DNA from: Thermoanaerobaculia bacterium
GTDB lineage: Bacteria > Acidobacteriota > Thermoanaerobaculia > Multivoradales > UBA5704
Direction: 5' to 3'
Assembly: GCA_049284515.1 (NCBI GenBank)
Contig: JBAPYB010000030.1
Span: 15,345 to 79,344, forward strand
DNA: 64,000 bases
Shown here: positions 32,165-43,604 of the stretch, in pieces
Position numbering within the stretch: position 1 is the first letter of the stretch
Layout of the letters: every line of letters begins with the position of its first letter
Notes under the pieces: model-generated
Database searches by the model: none
The model's input: only the letters and a program-made list of their open reading frames with translations
What the model was told of the DNA's origin: nothing
Position numbers and translations under genes: made by a program

Positions 32165-32267
32165 GTTTATCCCTCAACTCGGCGTTCAACTACAGAAAAC
32201 CTACCACAGTCATAGATAGAGGGCTTCCTTTCGCCGCAGCTTCTCGTCGAAGCCGGCGTAGATCACG

Positions 32268-33107
32268 TCAAGCCATCACCGAAAGCATCCGCGCCACCGG
32301 CTCGCCCAGGGAGCGGTCGCCCGCGATCTCCATCCGCGCCAGCGCCTGCTCGGCGGTCAGTCCCTTGGTCATCCGCCGCCAGGCCGTATCTTGGTCCATG
32401 CGGACCCGGCAGTCCGGCTCTCCAGGCGCACCCTCGAAGAGCGACCAGGCCGGCCCCTCACGCACCAGCGTCCACTCGCCCCCAGCCTCGCCCGTGACCT
32501 CGAAGACGATGCGCATCCCCTCGCCTGCCCCGACCTCGCGGTAGACGTGAGGCAGGGCGCGCAGGAACGTATCGAGCACTGGGTGGAGCCACCGGCGGGC
32601 GGTGAGCGGCGGCGCCCCCACCGCATCGCGGATCTGCTGCTGGTGGTGCCAGAGCTCGGTGAGCTCGCGGGCCATGTCGAACCACAGGAGGGACGTCTCC
32701 TCTCCGGCCCAGGCCACCGAAATCATCGCCGGAGCGAACGGATCGAGCGTGGCCATGAATTCGGCCAACTGGCGGCCCGCCAAGTCGAGCAGATCGGTGA
32801 GCACCCGCGGGCTGAACCGCCGGGCGACCGCCACCCACTCCGCGTTCAACCGGTTGAGGAAGGCGACGATGTCGGCGTACCCGTCCAGGGGCCGGTCCGG
32901 CGGCGCCAGCCTCGCGCCGTCGCGCTGGGCCGAAAGCCGCCGGAGCTGAGTGTCCAGCATGTGGGCGGCCACGTCCTGGACCGTCCAGGCCCCGGCGACC
33001 GTGGGCCGGCGCCAGTCGTCCGGGGAGAGGCTGCGGAGGAGGGTGATCAGCTCCCCGTGGAGTCCTGGAAAGAGATCGGCGACGAGGATGGGCTGGATGG
33101 GTTCCAT
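32268..33107 (-). CDS. DinB/maleylpyruvate-isomerase-like (MDMPI_N, TIGR03083) protein
   Basis: N-terminal ...WTVQDVAAHM... motif; 279 aa. Confidence 0.7.
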   Translation of the reverse strand: MEPIQPILVADLFPGLHGELITLLRSLSPDDWRRPTVAGAWTVQDVAAHMLDTQLRRLSAQRDGARLAPPDRPLDGYADIVAFLNRLNAEWVAVARRFSPRVLTDLLDLAGRQLAEFMATLDPFAPAMISVAWAGEETSLLWFDMARELTELWHHQQQIRDAVGAPPLTARRWLHPVLDTFLRALPHVYREVGAGEGMRIVFEVTGEAGGEWTLVREGPAWSLFEGAPGEPDCRVRMDQDTAWRRMTKGLTAEQALARMEIAGDRSLGEPVARMLSVMA

Positions 33108-33224
33108 GGACGGATCGTAACCGAGCTACAGTCATTTCGGAGAGAACTTGTCTGCCGGCACGATCTACCAGCCATGGCGAGCTGGGTGATCAGAGCGTCG
33201 GTGACAACGGCGATCTCGGATCAG

Positions 33225-34670
33225 CTACGGTACAGTTCGATATCTCCTTCCAAAAGCCAAATAAATCCCCAACCCCACCCCATTCGTCACCAGGATCAAC
33301 CCCGAAATCTTCACCGCGAACAGCAATCGGCTCTCCACCTGGATAATCGGTACGACGGACACCGCCACATACAGAAGCGTCATCAGAAGGCCGGAGAGGG
33401 CGCAGAGCTTCAGCCAGGGGGTGGGCCGGGGTTGGACGCCTCTCAAGCCGAAGAGGGGAATGGCGAAGAGGACAAGGTAGGTGAGGGAGTAGAAGACGCC
33501 CGAGGCGTTCCAGAGCAACTGGAAGGCTTCCTGCTTGCCCACTCCGATCAGGCCCACGAGGCCCAGGAAAAGGGTGGCCGCTCCCACGAAGAGGATGGAG
33601 TTGACGGGAGTCTTGTAGCGCGCATGCAGGCGCGTGAACCAGTCCGGGAGGAGGCGGTCCCAGCCGGCCACCATCGGCAGGCGGGTGTTGCCCACGAACG
33701 TCACGCTCGATTGGGCGATGCGGATACAGAGCAGGGCCAGGATGGTCGTGGTGGCGATGGGCAGCACGAGGTTGAGGGTGCGGAAACCCTCGCTCAGCAC
33801 CTGCGGGATCGGCGCGATCAGGTCGATCTGGCTCTGCGGGATGAGCGCCAGCACCGAGCTGGTGCCGAGGATGAACAGCAAGGCGATGACCGGCGCCGCG
33901 AGCCACACGGAACGGGTGATGGAACGCACGGGGTCGCGGCACTCTCCCGCGTGGATCGCCACGTACTCGAAGCCGCCCAGCGCGCCGAAGCCCATCTTCC
34001 CCAGCAGGTTCAGGCTCATCAGCGAGACGACAGGCATCTCGATCCGCAGCGGATGGTAGGCCGGCAAGGTGCCGTGTGCCAGGTTGAGCCACGGGAGGGC
34101 CAGGATGGCGAAGAAGGTGAAGAGCATCAGCGCGCCGCCGGCTTTGTGCACCCACTTGCCGACGCCGAGCCCCACCGTCGAGATCAGGACCAGGGCGCCG
34201 ATCAAGGCCAGGCTGACGACGCCGATGAACCACTTGCTGCTGGTCAGCGCTTCGCTCTCCGGTCCGAAGACGTAGCGCAGGTATTGCGTGACCTGGAGCC
34301 CGATCTCCGAGGTGTTGAGAATGGCGAACAGCCACAGGTTCCACGCCACCAGAAAACCCAGCAGCTCGTTGAAGCCGAGCTTGGCCCACTGGTAGAGGCC
34401 CCCTTCGAGCGGCATGACGCGGTTGAGGTAGATCACCACCGCCGCCGACGGGAGGTAGAAGAAGACCATCGCGAGCAGCCAGAGGACGACGTGCGACGGC
34501 CCCAGCTTGGCCGCGACGCCGATCCATGGCAGGCCCACGATGAACAGCACCTGGGTCAGCATCAGGTCGGTGAGCCCGAGCTCTTTCCTGAAGACGTTGC
34601 TCCGCGCCTCGACGCGCGCCTCTTCGCGCCGCAGCTCCGCGGTTGCGCCTCGGTTGTCGTTCGGCGTCAT
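33225..34670 (-). CDS. APC-family amino acid/polyamine permease
   Basis: 481 aa with 12 predicted TM segments and typical APC composition. Confidence 0.8.
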   Translation of the reverse strand: MTPNDNRGATAELRREEARVEARSNVFRKELGLTDLMLTQVLFIVGLPWIGVAAKLGPSHVVLWLLAMVFFYLPSAAVVIYLNRVMPLEGGLYQWAKLGFNELLGFLVAWNLWLFAILNTSEIGLQVTQYLRYVFGPESEALTSSKWFIGVVSLALIGALVLISTVGLGVGKWVHKAGGALMLFTFFAILALPWLNLAHGTLPAYHPLRIEMPVVSLMSLNLLGKMGFGALGGFEYVAIHAGECRDPVRSITRSVWLAAPVIALLFILGTSSVLALIPQSQIDLIAPIPQVLSEGFRTLNLVLPIATTTILALLCIRIAQSSVTFVGNTRLPMVAGWDRLLPDWFTRLHARYKTPVNSILFVGAATLFLGLVGLIGVGKQEAFQLLWNASGVFYSLTYLVLFAIPLFGLRGVQPRPTPWLKLCALSGLLMTLLYVAVSVVPIIQVESRLLFAVKISGLILVTNGVGLGIYLAFGRRYRTVP

Positions 34671-34760
34671 GGGCTCCTCCTCGCGTGGAGGAGCCCACTA
34701 TACAAAAAGGCAGGGCCGGGAAAGGTCCCGGCCCTGCGACGGAGGAAGGTTGGGGGGAGC

Positions 34761-36212
34761 TTAGGGGCAGACGGCGAAGGCCTCGACGTCCCGCACGGGC
34801 GCGGGCGCGCGGCCGGCAGGGTGGAAGTAGACCCAGGTGTGGCCGGTCTGGGTGTCGCGCACCCGGACCGTGAACTCGGCCTCGGTGACGGCCGCGAGGT
34901 CGAGCCAGTAGTGGTTGTTGGCGGCGCAGCCGTCGTGCACGTTGAGCAGGAGCTGGAGGTCCTGGTGCGAGGAGAGGGCGAAGAGCCCCGAATTGCCGGC
35001 CTCGGGCAGCACCATCCGCTTGGCGTCCCGGCCGCCCGTCACCGTGGCCTCGAACCTGCCGCCGCCGAGGCACAGGGCCTTGCCCGACTCGTCGCAGGGC
35101 GTCGTCCGGCCGTGGGTGGCGGCGGCGGCGATCTCCGAGACGGCCGAGGAGCCGTCGACCGCCTCGGTCCGTACCCGGTATTGGAATTCGGCGCCGCCGG
35201 GCAGGGCGGAGTCGGTGAAGCTCTCGGCTCCCGCCGCAACGGCGGCGATCTCCTGGAAAGTGCCTCCCGGCGGCCGCCGCTCGACGTGGATCGCCTTCGC
35301 CTCGGCCGGCGCATCCGCCCAGGTGAGGCGGATCTCGCTGGCGGACTGCCCCACGGCCCGCAACTGCGAGGCCGCGGTGGAGCTCGCGCCGCATCCGGTG
35401 CCGTCGTCGTCGTGAATGGTCACCGTCGCGATGACGCTCGCGCCGAGCGTGGCGCCGGTGGCCTTGCTGAGCTTGACGCTGAAGGCCTTGTCCGGCTCCA
35501 CGACGTGGTCGTTCTTGATCGCCACGTCGATCGTCTTGGGGGCCTCGTCGCCGGCGTCCCACTTCAGCGTGCCGTTGTGCGTGATGAAGTCCTTGCCGCT
35601 CTTGGCCGTGCCGTTGGCAGTGGCGAACTTGATGGACGCAGCACCATCGCTGCCCCCGGCGCGCTCTACGGTCAGCGTCACCGCTCCGGCCCCCTCGCTC
35701 ACCTCGTAGGAGGTGACGGTGAATCCGAGGGTTCCGGGTCCTTGATCGCCGCCGCCCGGGTTGCCGGCGTCGCGGACGACGACCGTGCCGCGCATGCCGC
35801 CGGTGAGGCTGCCATGGACCTGGCAGTAATAGCCATAGGTGCCAGGGGTCGTGAACGTGTGCTGAAAGGTGTTGTGGCTGGACGGATTGCCGCTCGTGAA
35901 CGATTCGTCGTCCGCTTTGACGGTGTGCTCGACGCTCGCGGTCCAGGTCCAGCATACGGGCTGCCCCGGGTCGATGGTCACCGTCGCCGGAGAGTAGGAG
36001 GTGTCGACGATCGTAACCGTGGCGTCCACTCCCGCGCAGTTCGGCGGCGGAGCCGGGTCACCGCCGCGCGGCTCGGGATCGTAGCCGAGCTTGGCGCCCA
36101 TGGACTCCATGGAACCCATGGTCCCCATGGAGTGTGGAGCCTGGCCCGAGGCCGAAGCGACGAGCAGGAGGCCGAGCGCGAGCGCCGGCAGGGTGACTCG
36201 ATGGATGATCAT
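34761..36212 (-). CDS. Secreted cupredoxin (blue copper) - Calx-beta - FN3 domain protein
   Basis: Signal peptide MIIHRVTLPALALGLLLVASASG. Copper site YGYYCQVHGSLTGGMRGTVVV. Calx-beta domain FTVTSYEVSEGAGAVTLTVERAGGSDGAASIKFATANGTAKSGKDF. SD AAGGAGGA upstream. Confidence 0.8.
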   Translation of the reverse strand: MIIHRVTLPALALGLLLVASASGQAPHSMGTMGSMESMGAKLGYDPEPRGGDPAPPPNCAGVDATVTIVDTSYSPATVTIDPGQPVCWTWTASVEHTVKADDESFTSGNPSSHNTFQHTFTTPGTYGYYCQVHGSLTGGMRGTVVVRDAGNPGGGDQGPGTLGFTVTSYEVSEGAGAVTLTVERAGGSDGAASIKFATANGTAKSGKDFITHNGTLKWDAGDEAPKTIDVAIKNDHVVEPDKAFSVKLSKATGATLGASVIATVTIHDDDGTGCGASSTAASQLRAVGQSASEIRLTWADAPAEAKAIHVERRPPGGTFQEIAAVAAGAESFTDSALPGGAEFQYRVRTEAVDGSSAVSEIAAAATHGRTTPCDESGKALCLGGGRFEATVTGGRDAKRMVLPEAGNSGLFALSSHQDLQLLLNVHDGCAANNHYWLDLAAVTEAEFTVRVRDTQTGHTWVYFHPAGRAPAPVRDVEAFAVCP

Positions 36213-36358
36213 CTTCTCCTCCTTGGTGGAAACGAAAGCCAACTTCTCCAGTCCAGTGAGTACCCCGGGCAGGCCGGAAGGTTCAATTCGACGCCGGTGA
36301 TCCCAAGGCTCGACAAGATATCGTAGAATACGCATGCCTCCGCCGAAGGAGAGAGAAC

Positions 36359-36535
36359 ATGAAGAACAAGCTCATCCTGCTGGCGCTCCTGATCGTTCCC
36401 GCCGCTCTTCACCTCGCTCCGGGCACGGCCCGGGCGGATATCCGCTACTGCTGCACCCCCCAACAGATCGCAGCCTGCCAGGCCACGGGCGGCACCACCA
36501 GTTGCCGCACCGGCGTCTGCCAGTGCCTCTTCTAG
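36359..36535 (+). CDS. Small secreted Cys-rich peptide (58 aa precursor; predicted mature form about 32 aa with 6 Cys)
   Basis: Ideal SD AAGGAG 7 nt before the ATG. MKNKLILLALLIVPAALHLAPGTARA signal peptide, then DIRYCCTPQQIAACQATGGTTSCRTGVCQCLF. Not in the ORF track because it is under 60 aa. Confidence 0.6.
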   Translation: MKNKLILLALLIVPAALHLAPGTARADIRYCCTPQQIAACQATGGTTSCRTGVCQCLF

Positions 36536-36597
36536 CCACCCGCAGCCCCTGCAACCTCTGACAACCGACACCGGGCGGAGGCGCGCCCACCTTGGCC

Positions 36598-38634
<2,037 letters not shown>

Positions 38635-38699
38635 GAAATCTCCCTTTCCCTCCTTGAGAGCTTTTTTTCCAGCCTCAGGACGCCTCAAACCCAGGATTC

Positions 38700-38925
38700 C
38701 CTCTTTTCTCAGACTCCCGGGCGTTTTCTCAGGGCGGGAAGCGCTAAGACATTGTGACGGCCGTTTTCTCATTGTGCGACGGGTTTTCACTGTGCGAAAA
38801 CCGGAAAACACATTGTGAGAAGCCAAAACACATTGTGTACAGCGCTCAATCATTGAGAAAGCGCGAAACGCATTGTGAAAAGAGGCTCGCATGATGTACA
38901 GGCGGCTTCCTCATTGTTTCTCGCG
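38700..38925. repeat. Array of about 10 direct repeats (core CATTGTG / TTTTCTCA) phased at about 20 bp, in a lower-GC 3'-3' intergenic region
   Basis: CATTGTG-like cores begin at 38750, 38770, 38788, 38811, 38831, 38851, 38871, about 38890 and 38912. ttttctca cores occur at 38704, 38724 and 38764. AAACRCATTGTGA occurs three times at exact 20-bp spacing. Confidence 0.7.
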
Positions 38926-38994
38926 TTTTGGGGCTGGGAAAACTCCCCGGACGTCAGTCTCTGAAGAAGAAGTTTGGTAAGAAAGGGCCGCACC

Positions 38995-39837
38995 TCACTC
39001 CACCGCCCGCGGCGGCGCCTGCAGCCAGACGACGCCGATCACTCCGGCGAGGGCGAGCAGGCTCCCCACGATCTGGACCGGCGTTGGGCGGTCGCCCAGG
39101 AACACGGCTCCCAGGAGGAGGGAGAGCACCACCGTGAGCTGCATGAGGACTCCCGCCTGGAGGTTCGTCACCCAGCGGTAGGCCCAGGTCATGAGGAGCT
39201 GTGCCGCGGTCGAGCACAGGCCCACGCTGGCGAGGAGCAGCCACTCCCGGGGAGTCGGAGCCTTGAAGCTCGAATAGGTGAAGGGACCGGTCGCGAGCAG
39301 GCCGAAGAGGGTCAGGCTGCCATAGATCGACCACGAGCTCTCGGTGCGGCGGGCGGCGCGGATGGCCGCCACCGCCGCCCCGGTGAGCACCGCCGAGGTC
39401 ATTCCCGCGAGCTCCCAACGGCTGAAGCGCAGGAGGTCGCCGAGCCCTCGGCCACCGCCCGCGGCGAGCATCATGCCGATGAGCGCGAGAATCAGAGGGA
39501 GCACCAGCCGGCGGTCCACCTGCTCGCCGAGGAAGAAGGCCGCGAAAGTGACGCTGAACACCGGCGAGACGTAGTTCAACAGCGTCGCGATCCCCACCGG
39601 GATATGGGCGATGGCCGTAAAGTACAGGAGGATGGCCAGGCCGCCGAAAACTCCCCGGTAGATCAACAGGTCGACGCGCTGATAGGCGAGCGCCTGGCGC
39701 CGCAGCCGGGGTATGGCGAGGACCGGCACCGCCATCACGACGAAGCGCACAAAGGCCACCTCGGCGCCCGAAAGCCGCGCCGAGGCAAGCTTCGCCGCCA
39801 GCGCCATGAGGGCGAAGCAGACCGCGGAGGCGGCCAT
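38995..39837 (-). CDS. EamA/DMT-family transporter
   Basis: 10 TM segments in two EamA repeats. Start is uncertain: the ORF track uses GTG at 39900, while a strong SD AAGGGAGG sits in front of an out-of-frame ATG at 39873. Confidence 0.7.
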   Translation of the reverse strand: MAASAVCFALMALAAKLASARLSGAEVAFVRFVVMAVPVLAIPRLRRQALAYQRVDLLIYRGVFGGLAILLYFTAIAHIPVGIATLLNYVSPVFSVTFAAFFLGEQVDRRLVLPLILALIGMMLAAGGGRGLGDLLRFSRWELAGMTSAVLTGAAVAAIRAARRTESSWSIYGSLTLFGLLATGPFTYSSFKAPTPREWLLLASVGLCSTAAQLLMTWAYRWVTNLQAGVLMQLTVVLSLLLGAVFLGDRPTPVQIVGSLLALAGVIGVVWLQAPPRAVE

Positions 39838-39957
39838 GATCCACAGGGGGCGGCGGTTGGACACGGGCGGATCATGCCCCACCTCCCTTACAATGACCAC
39901 TCTGAGAGCGCCGATCGCCTCTACTTTAGTGAATTGAAATATCGAAAGCGAGAACCC

Positions 39958-41970
39958 ATGAACCTCCGCCGCCTCCTGACCTTCATCCCGCTCGCCGTGC
40001 TGCTGGCGGCTCCCCTCGCCGCCCAGCCGCCTTCGCCGGCATCCCCTCTGGCCGGACGGATCGGCGACCGCGGCTTCCTCCAGGTGGAGTCGCCGAGCTT
40101 CGCCAAGCTACCTCTCCAGCAAAAGCTGCTCACCTGGCACCTCACGCGGGCGGCGATCCAGCTCGATCCCATCTTCTACGACCAGATGTCCACGTACGGC
40201 CTGGCCGCCAAGCGCCTCATGGGAGCTCTCGCCGAGCGTCCCGAGCGGCTGCCGGAGGCGTCGCGCCACGCCATCGTCGAATACGCCACGCTCTTCCTCG
40301 CCAACGACGGCAACCACAACGAGATCACGGGCAAGAAGTTCCTGCCGGGAATCTCGTTCGAGGACTTCTCCCGGGCCGCCGAGGCCGCGAGGGCCAAGGG
40401 TGCCCGCCTGGGCACCCGGGAGCAACTCGCAAAGACGCTCAAGGGGCTGCAAGCGCCCCTCTTCGATCCCAAGTTCGAGGTCGACTTGACCGAGAAGAAT
40501 CCGCCGGCCGGCGAGGACATCCTTACCGCCTCCAACAACAACTATTACCAGGGCGTGGCGCTCAAGGACCTCACCGGCTTCGTCGAGAAAAACCCGCTGA
40601 ATTCGCGGCTGGTGAAGAGGAACGGACACCTCGTCGAGGAGGTCTACCGGGCCGGAACGCCGGATGGCGCTCCCGGCAAGAAACTGCCGCCCGGGCTCTA
40701 CGCCAAGGAGCTCGCCGCCGTCGACCGCGAGCTCGAGGCCGCCGCCAAGCTCGCCGATCCCGAGCAGGCGAAGGTCCTTCGCGCCCTCGTCCGCTACTAC
40801 CAGACGGGCGATCCCAAGGACTGGCACGACTTCAACGTGCTGTGGCTGCGCAACGACGGCACGGTGGACTTCGCCTCCGGCTTCATCGAGGTCTACCGCG
40901 ACGCCCGCGGCGCCAAGGGATCGGCGCAGATGGTGGTGGCCGTGGTCGATCAGCAGCTCGCGCCGCTGATGCACAGGCTCGCCGAGAACGCGGTGTACTT
41001 CGAGAAGAAAGCGCCGTGGGACGACCGCTACAAGAAGCTCGACGTCAAGCCGCCCGTCGCCAAGGCGATCGAGACGCTCGCCGCGACCGGCGACTTCCGC
41101 GTCGGGACGATTGGCGACAACCTGCCGAACGAGCAGGACATCCGCGAGAAATACGGCACCAAGAGCATCCTGCTGACCTCCTCGGTCAACGCCATCAATG
41201 CCACGCGCGGCGCCAAGGCGGCGGTGGAGTTCCTGCCCAATGCCGACGAAGGCGAGCTCTTCGCGAAACACGGCGGCTGGGCCGACAACCTGCACACGGC
41301 CCTGCACGAGATCATCGGCCACGGCTCCGGCAAGGTGACCGTCCCCAACGATCCGTCGACCTATCTGCGCGAGATCTATTCGACCCTCGAAGAGGCGCGG
41401 GCGGACCTCGTGGCGTACTGGAACATCTACGATCCAAAGCTCACCGAGCTCGGAGTGCCGGACGTCCCCGAGGTGGGCCGCGAGCTCTACCGGCAGGTGG
41501 CGCGGGCCGGAATCGTGGCGCTCAAGAACTATCCCGCGGGCGACTCGGCCGCCGAGGACCACGACCGTGCCCGCCTCCTGGTCGCCAACTACCTGATCGA
41601 GGCCGGCGCTTTCGAGCGCATGCAGCAGAACGGCCACTGGTACATCGTGGTCAAGGACTATGACCAGGCGCACGCGGGCGTGGGCAAGCTGCTGGCCGAG
41701 GTCATGCGCATCAAGGCCACGGGCGACTACGAGGCGGGGAAAGCCCTGATCGCCAAGTACGGCATCCACTTCGATCCCGCCGTGCGCGACGACGTGATCG
41801 CCCGCTACAAGAAGCTCCAGCTCCCCATCTACAACTCGGGTATCTACGCGGACCTCTCACCCGTCAAGGACAAGGGCGGAAAAGTGACCGACGTGGCCAT
41901 TTCCTATCCCCGCGACTTCCTCGCCCAGCAGCTCGCCTGGGCGCGGAAGAACGGCACCCTGGGATGGTGA
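39958..41970 (+). CDS. Dipeptidyl-peptidase III (M49 family metallopeptidase), secreted
   Basis: Signal peptide MNLRRLLTFIPLAVLLAAPLAAQ; HEIIGH (HExxGH) and EEARAD (second zinc motif). Confidence 0.8.
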   Translation: MNLRRLLTFIPLAVLLAAPLAAQPPSPASPLAGRIGDRGFLQVESPSFAKLPLQQKLLTWHLTRAAIQLDPIFYDQMSTYGLAAKRLMGALAERPERLPEASRHAIVEYATLFLANDGNHNEITGKKFLPGISFEDFSRAAEAARAKGARLGTREQLAKTLKGLQAPLFDPKFEVDLTEKNPPAGEDILTASNNNYYQGVALKDLTGFVEKNPLNSRLVKRNGHLVEEVYRAGTPDGAPGKKLPPGLYAKELAAVDRELEAAAKLADPEQAKVLRALVRYYQTGDPKDWHDFNVLWLRNDGTVDFASGFIEVYRDARGAKGSAQMVVAVVDQQLAPLMHRLAENAVYFEKKAPWDDRYKKLDVKPPVAKAIETLAATGDFRVGTIGDNLPNEQDIREKYGTKSILLTSSVNAINATRGAKAAVEFLPNADEGELFAKHGGWADNLHTALHEIIGHGSGKVTVPNDPSTYLREIYSTLEEARADLVAYWNIYDPKLTELGVPDVPEVGRELYRQVARAGIVALKNYPAGDSAAEDHDRARLLVANYLIEAGAFERMQQNGHWYIVVKDYDQAHAGVGKLLAEVMRIKATGDYEAGKALIAKYGIHFDPAVRDDVIARYKKLQLPIYNSGIYADLSPVKDKGGKVTDVAISYPRDFLAQQLAWARKNGTLGW

Positions 41971-42004
41971 GATCCATCCGCACCGCCAAAAGGAGATTCA
42001 ACCG

Positions 42005-43330
42005 ATGAGCCCATTGCAACGAAAAGCAACCCTTCTGCTCCTCGCCGGCGCCCTCGCGCTGCCCGGCTTGTCCGCGGCCTGGCCGGCAGGTCAGGCTTCT
42101 ACCGCCCCCGAGCTTCACGCCGCCACGCCCGAGCCGGTCTCCACGATCGAACGGCGAGTCCTCGCGCCGAACATCGCTGAATATTTCTTCAAGGTGCGTG
42201 TCGGCCCCGGCCCCTACGACCAGATCGGCGTCCATCGCGTGGTGAAGGAGAGCGCGCCCAACCGGCCGGTCCATGCCCGGCAGGCCGTCTTCCTCACCCA
42301 CGGCGACATCTGGAACTTCCGCGCCGCCTTCCTCACGGGTGCCCACCCCATCCCGGTCTTCCTGGCCCAGAACGGCGTGGACGTGTGGGGAATCGACTTC
42401 CGCTGGACCCTGGTGCCGGCGACGGTGACGGACCTCAGCTTCATGAAGACCTGGGGCCTGGAGCAGGACGCCCGCGATCTCGGTGTCGCCATCGGCGCGG
42501 CCCGCATCACCCGCGGGCTCACCGGCAGCGGCATCGGCAAGATCGACCTTCTGGGCTGGAGCCGCGGCGGCCAGATCGGTTACGCGTACCTCAACTACGA
42601 AACGCAGATCCCGCCCCTCCTGCGCCAGGTGAAGGGCTTCATTCCGGTGGACATCTATCTCAAGACCAACGTGCCGCAACTCCAGTCCTTCGCCTGCCAG
42701 CGCGAGGCGAACACCGAGGCGGCCATCGCCGCGGGAACCTATGCAGCCAACTCGGGCAGCTTGATCCAGGCTCTGGGCACGCTCGCAGTGACCGATCCGA
42801 ACGGCTCCTCGATCCTGAACGGTCCGCCGTTCAACCTGCCGGGCTTCAACAACCGGCAGGCGGGCCTTCTCGTGGGTGAGGCGACCTACCTCTTCCTGGC
42901 TCCCCTCGAGCCCACGCCCTTCTACCACTTCACCGGCGGCACCTTCGACGCGCAGGGCAAGCCGTCGGGCCTGCTCTACACCAACGAGCAGAACCTCTTC
43001 GCCCTGGAGCAGGGCTCGGCGCCCTTCCAGCCCAACCAGGAGCTCGCGGACGCCGACGCCTCCACCTGCGGCCAGACGCCGGTCGACTTCGACGACCACC
43101 TCGCGGAGATCAAGGTGCCCATCCTCTACATCGGCGCCGGCGGCGGCTTCGGCGAATACGGCCTCTACACCCTGACGCTCCTCGGCAGCACCGACGTGAC
43201 GACCCACATCGTCCACAAAGTCCCCGCCGACCAGCGCCTCGCCGACTACGGCCACGCCGACCTCTTCCTCGCCAACGACGCCCAGACGCTCGTCTGGCAG
43301 CCGATTCTGGATTGGGTGCGGGGGCACTGA
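42005..43330 (+). CDS. Secreted alpha/beta hydrolase (lipase/esterase-like)
   Basis: Signal peptide; nucleophile elbow GWSRGG. SD AAGGAGA upstream. Confidence 0.7.
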   Translation: MSPLQRKATLLLLAGALALPGLSAAWPAGQASTAPELHAATPEPVSTIERRVLAPNIAEYFFKVRVGPGPYDQIGVHRVVKESAPNRPVHARQAVFLTHGDIWNFRAAFLTGAHPIPVFLAQNGVDVWGIDFRWTLVPATVTDLSFMKTWGLEQDARDLGVAIGAARITRGLTGSGIGKIDLLGWSRGGQIGYAYLNYETQIPPLLRQVKGFIPVDIYLKTNVPQLQSFACQREANTEAAIAAGTYAANSGSLIQALGTLAVTDPNGSSILNGPPFNLPGFNNRQAGLLVGEATYLFLAPLEPTPFYHFTGGTFDAQGKPSGLLYTNEQNLFALEQGSAPFQPNQELADADASTCGQTPVDFDDHLAEIKVPILYIGAGGGFGEYGLYTLTLLGSTDVTTHIVHKVPADQRLADYGHADLFLANDAQTLVWQPILDWVRGH

Positions 43331-43391
43331 GGGGCGAGGCAAGGGCCTGGGCCGCCAGCCCGGGCCCTCCTGTCCGTGGTATAGTTACGGC

Positions 43392-43604
43392 ATGACGAAA
43401 CACATTGCCCCTCCTGCGACGGCCGAGCAGATTATGCAAGCTCTGGGTGTAACTCAGGAGGACAGGGAGATCATCGACCGGGTCTTGAAGGAGGTCGATG
43501 AGGAGGAGGAGGCTGAAGCCACTCGCTCTTCCGTTCAGACACCCATCCGGCGACCGGATCCTGAAGACGACACCCGCCGTCCCAAGACAGGACCGAAGTC
43601 CTGA
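43392..43604 (+). CDS. Small acidic hypothetical protein (70 aa)
   Basis: ORF with a Glu-rich stretch; lies immediately upstream of, and may be co-transcribed with, the NDT-like gene. Confidence 0.35.
   Translation: MTKHIAPPATAEQIMQALGVTQEDREIIDRVLKEVDEEEEAEATRSSVQTPIRRPDPEDDTRRPKTGPKS

Noticed and set aside
32391-36326. 1311-aa + strand ORF
   Set aside because: Runs antisense across three well-supported minus-strand genes (DinB-like, APC permease, cupredoxin). Composition is typical of a GC-rich shadow ORF.
36334-36561. 75-aa ORF from the track overlapping the Cys-rich peptide gene
   Set aside because: Different frame, no SD, Pro/Arg/His-rich; the 58-aa frame with SD and signal peptide is far more plausible.
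38700-38925. Possible CRISPR array
   Set aside because: Repeat cores are only 7-12 bp, units are not identical, 'spacers' are about 8-10 bp, and no cas genes are nearby; better described as phased binding-site-like repeats.
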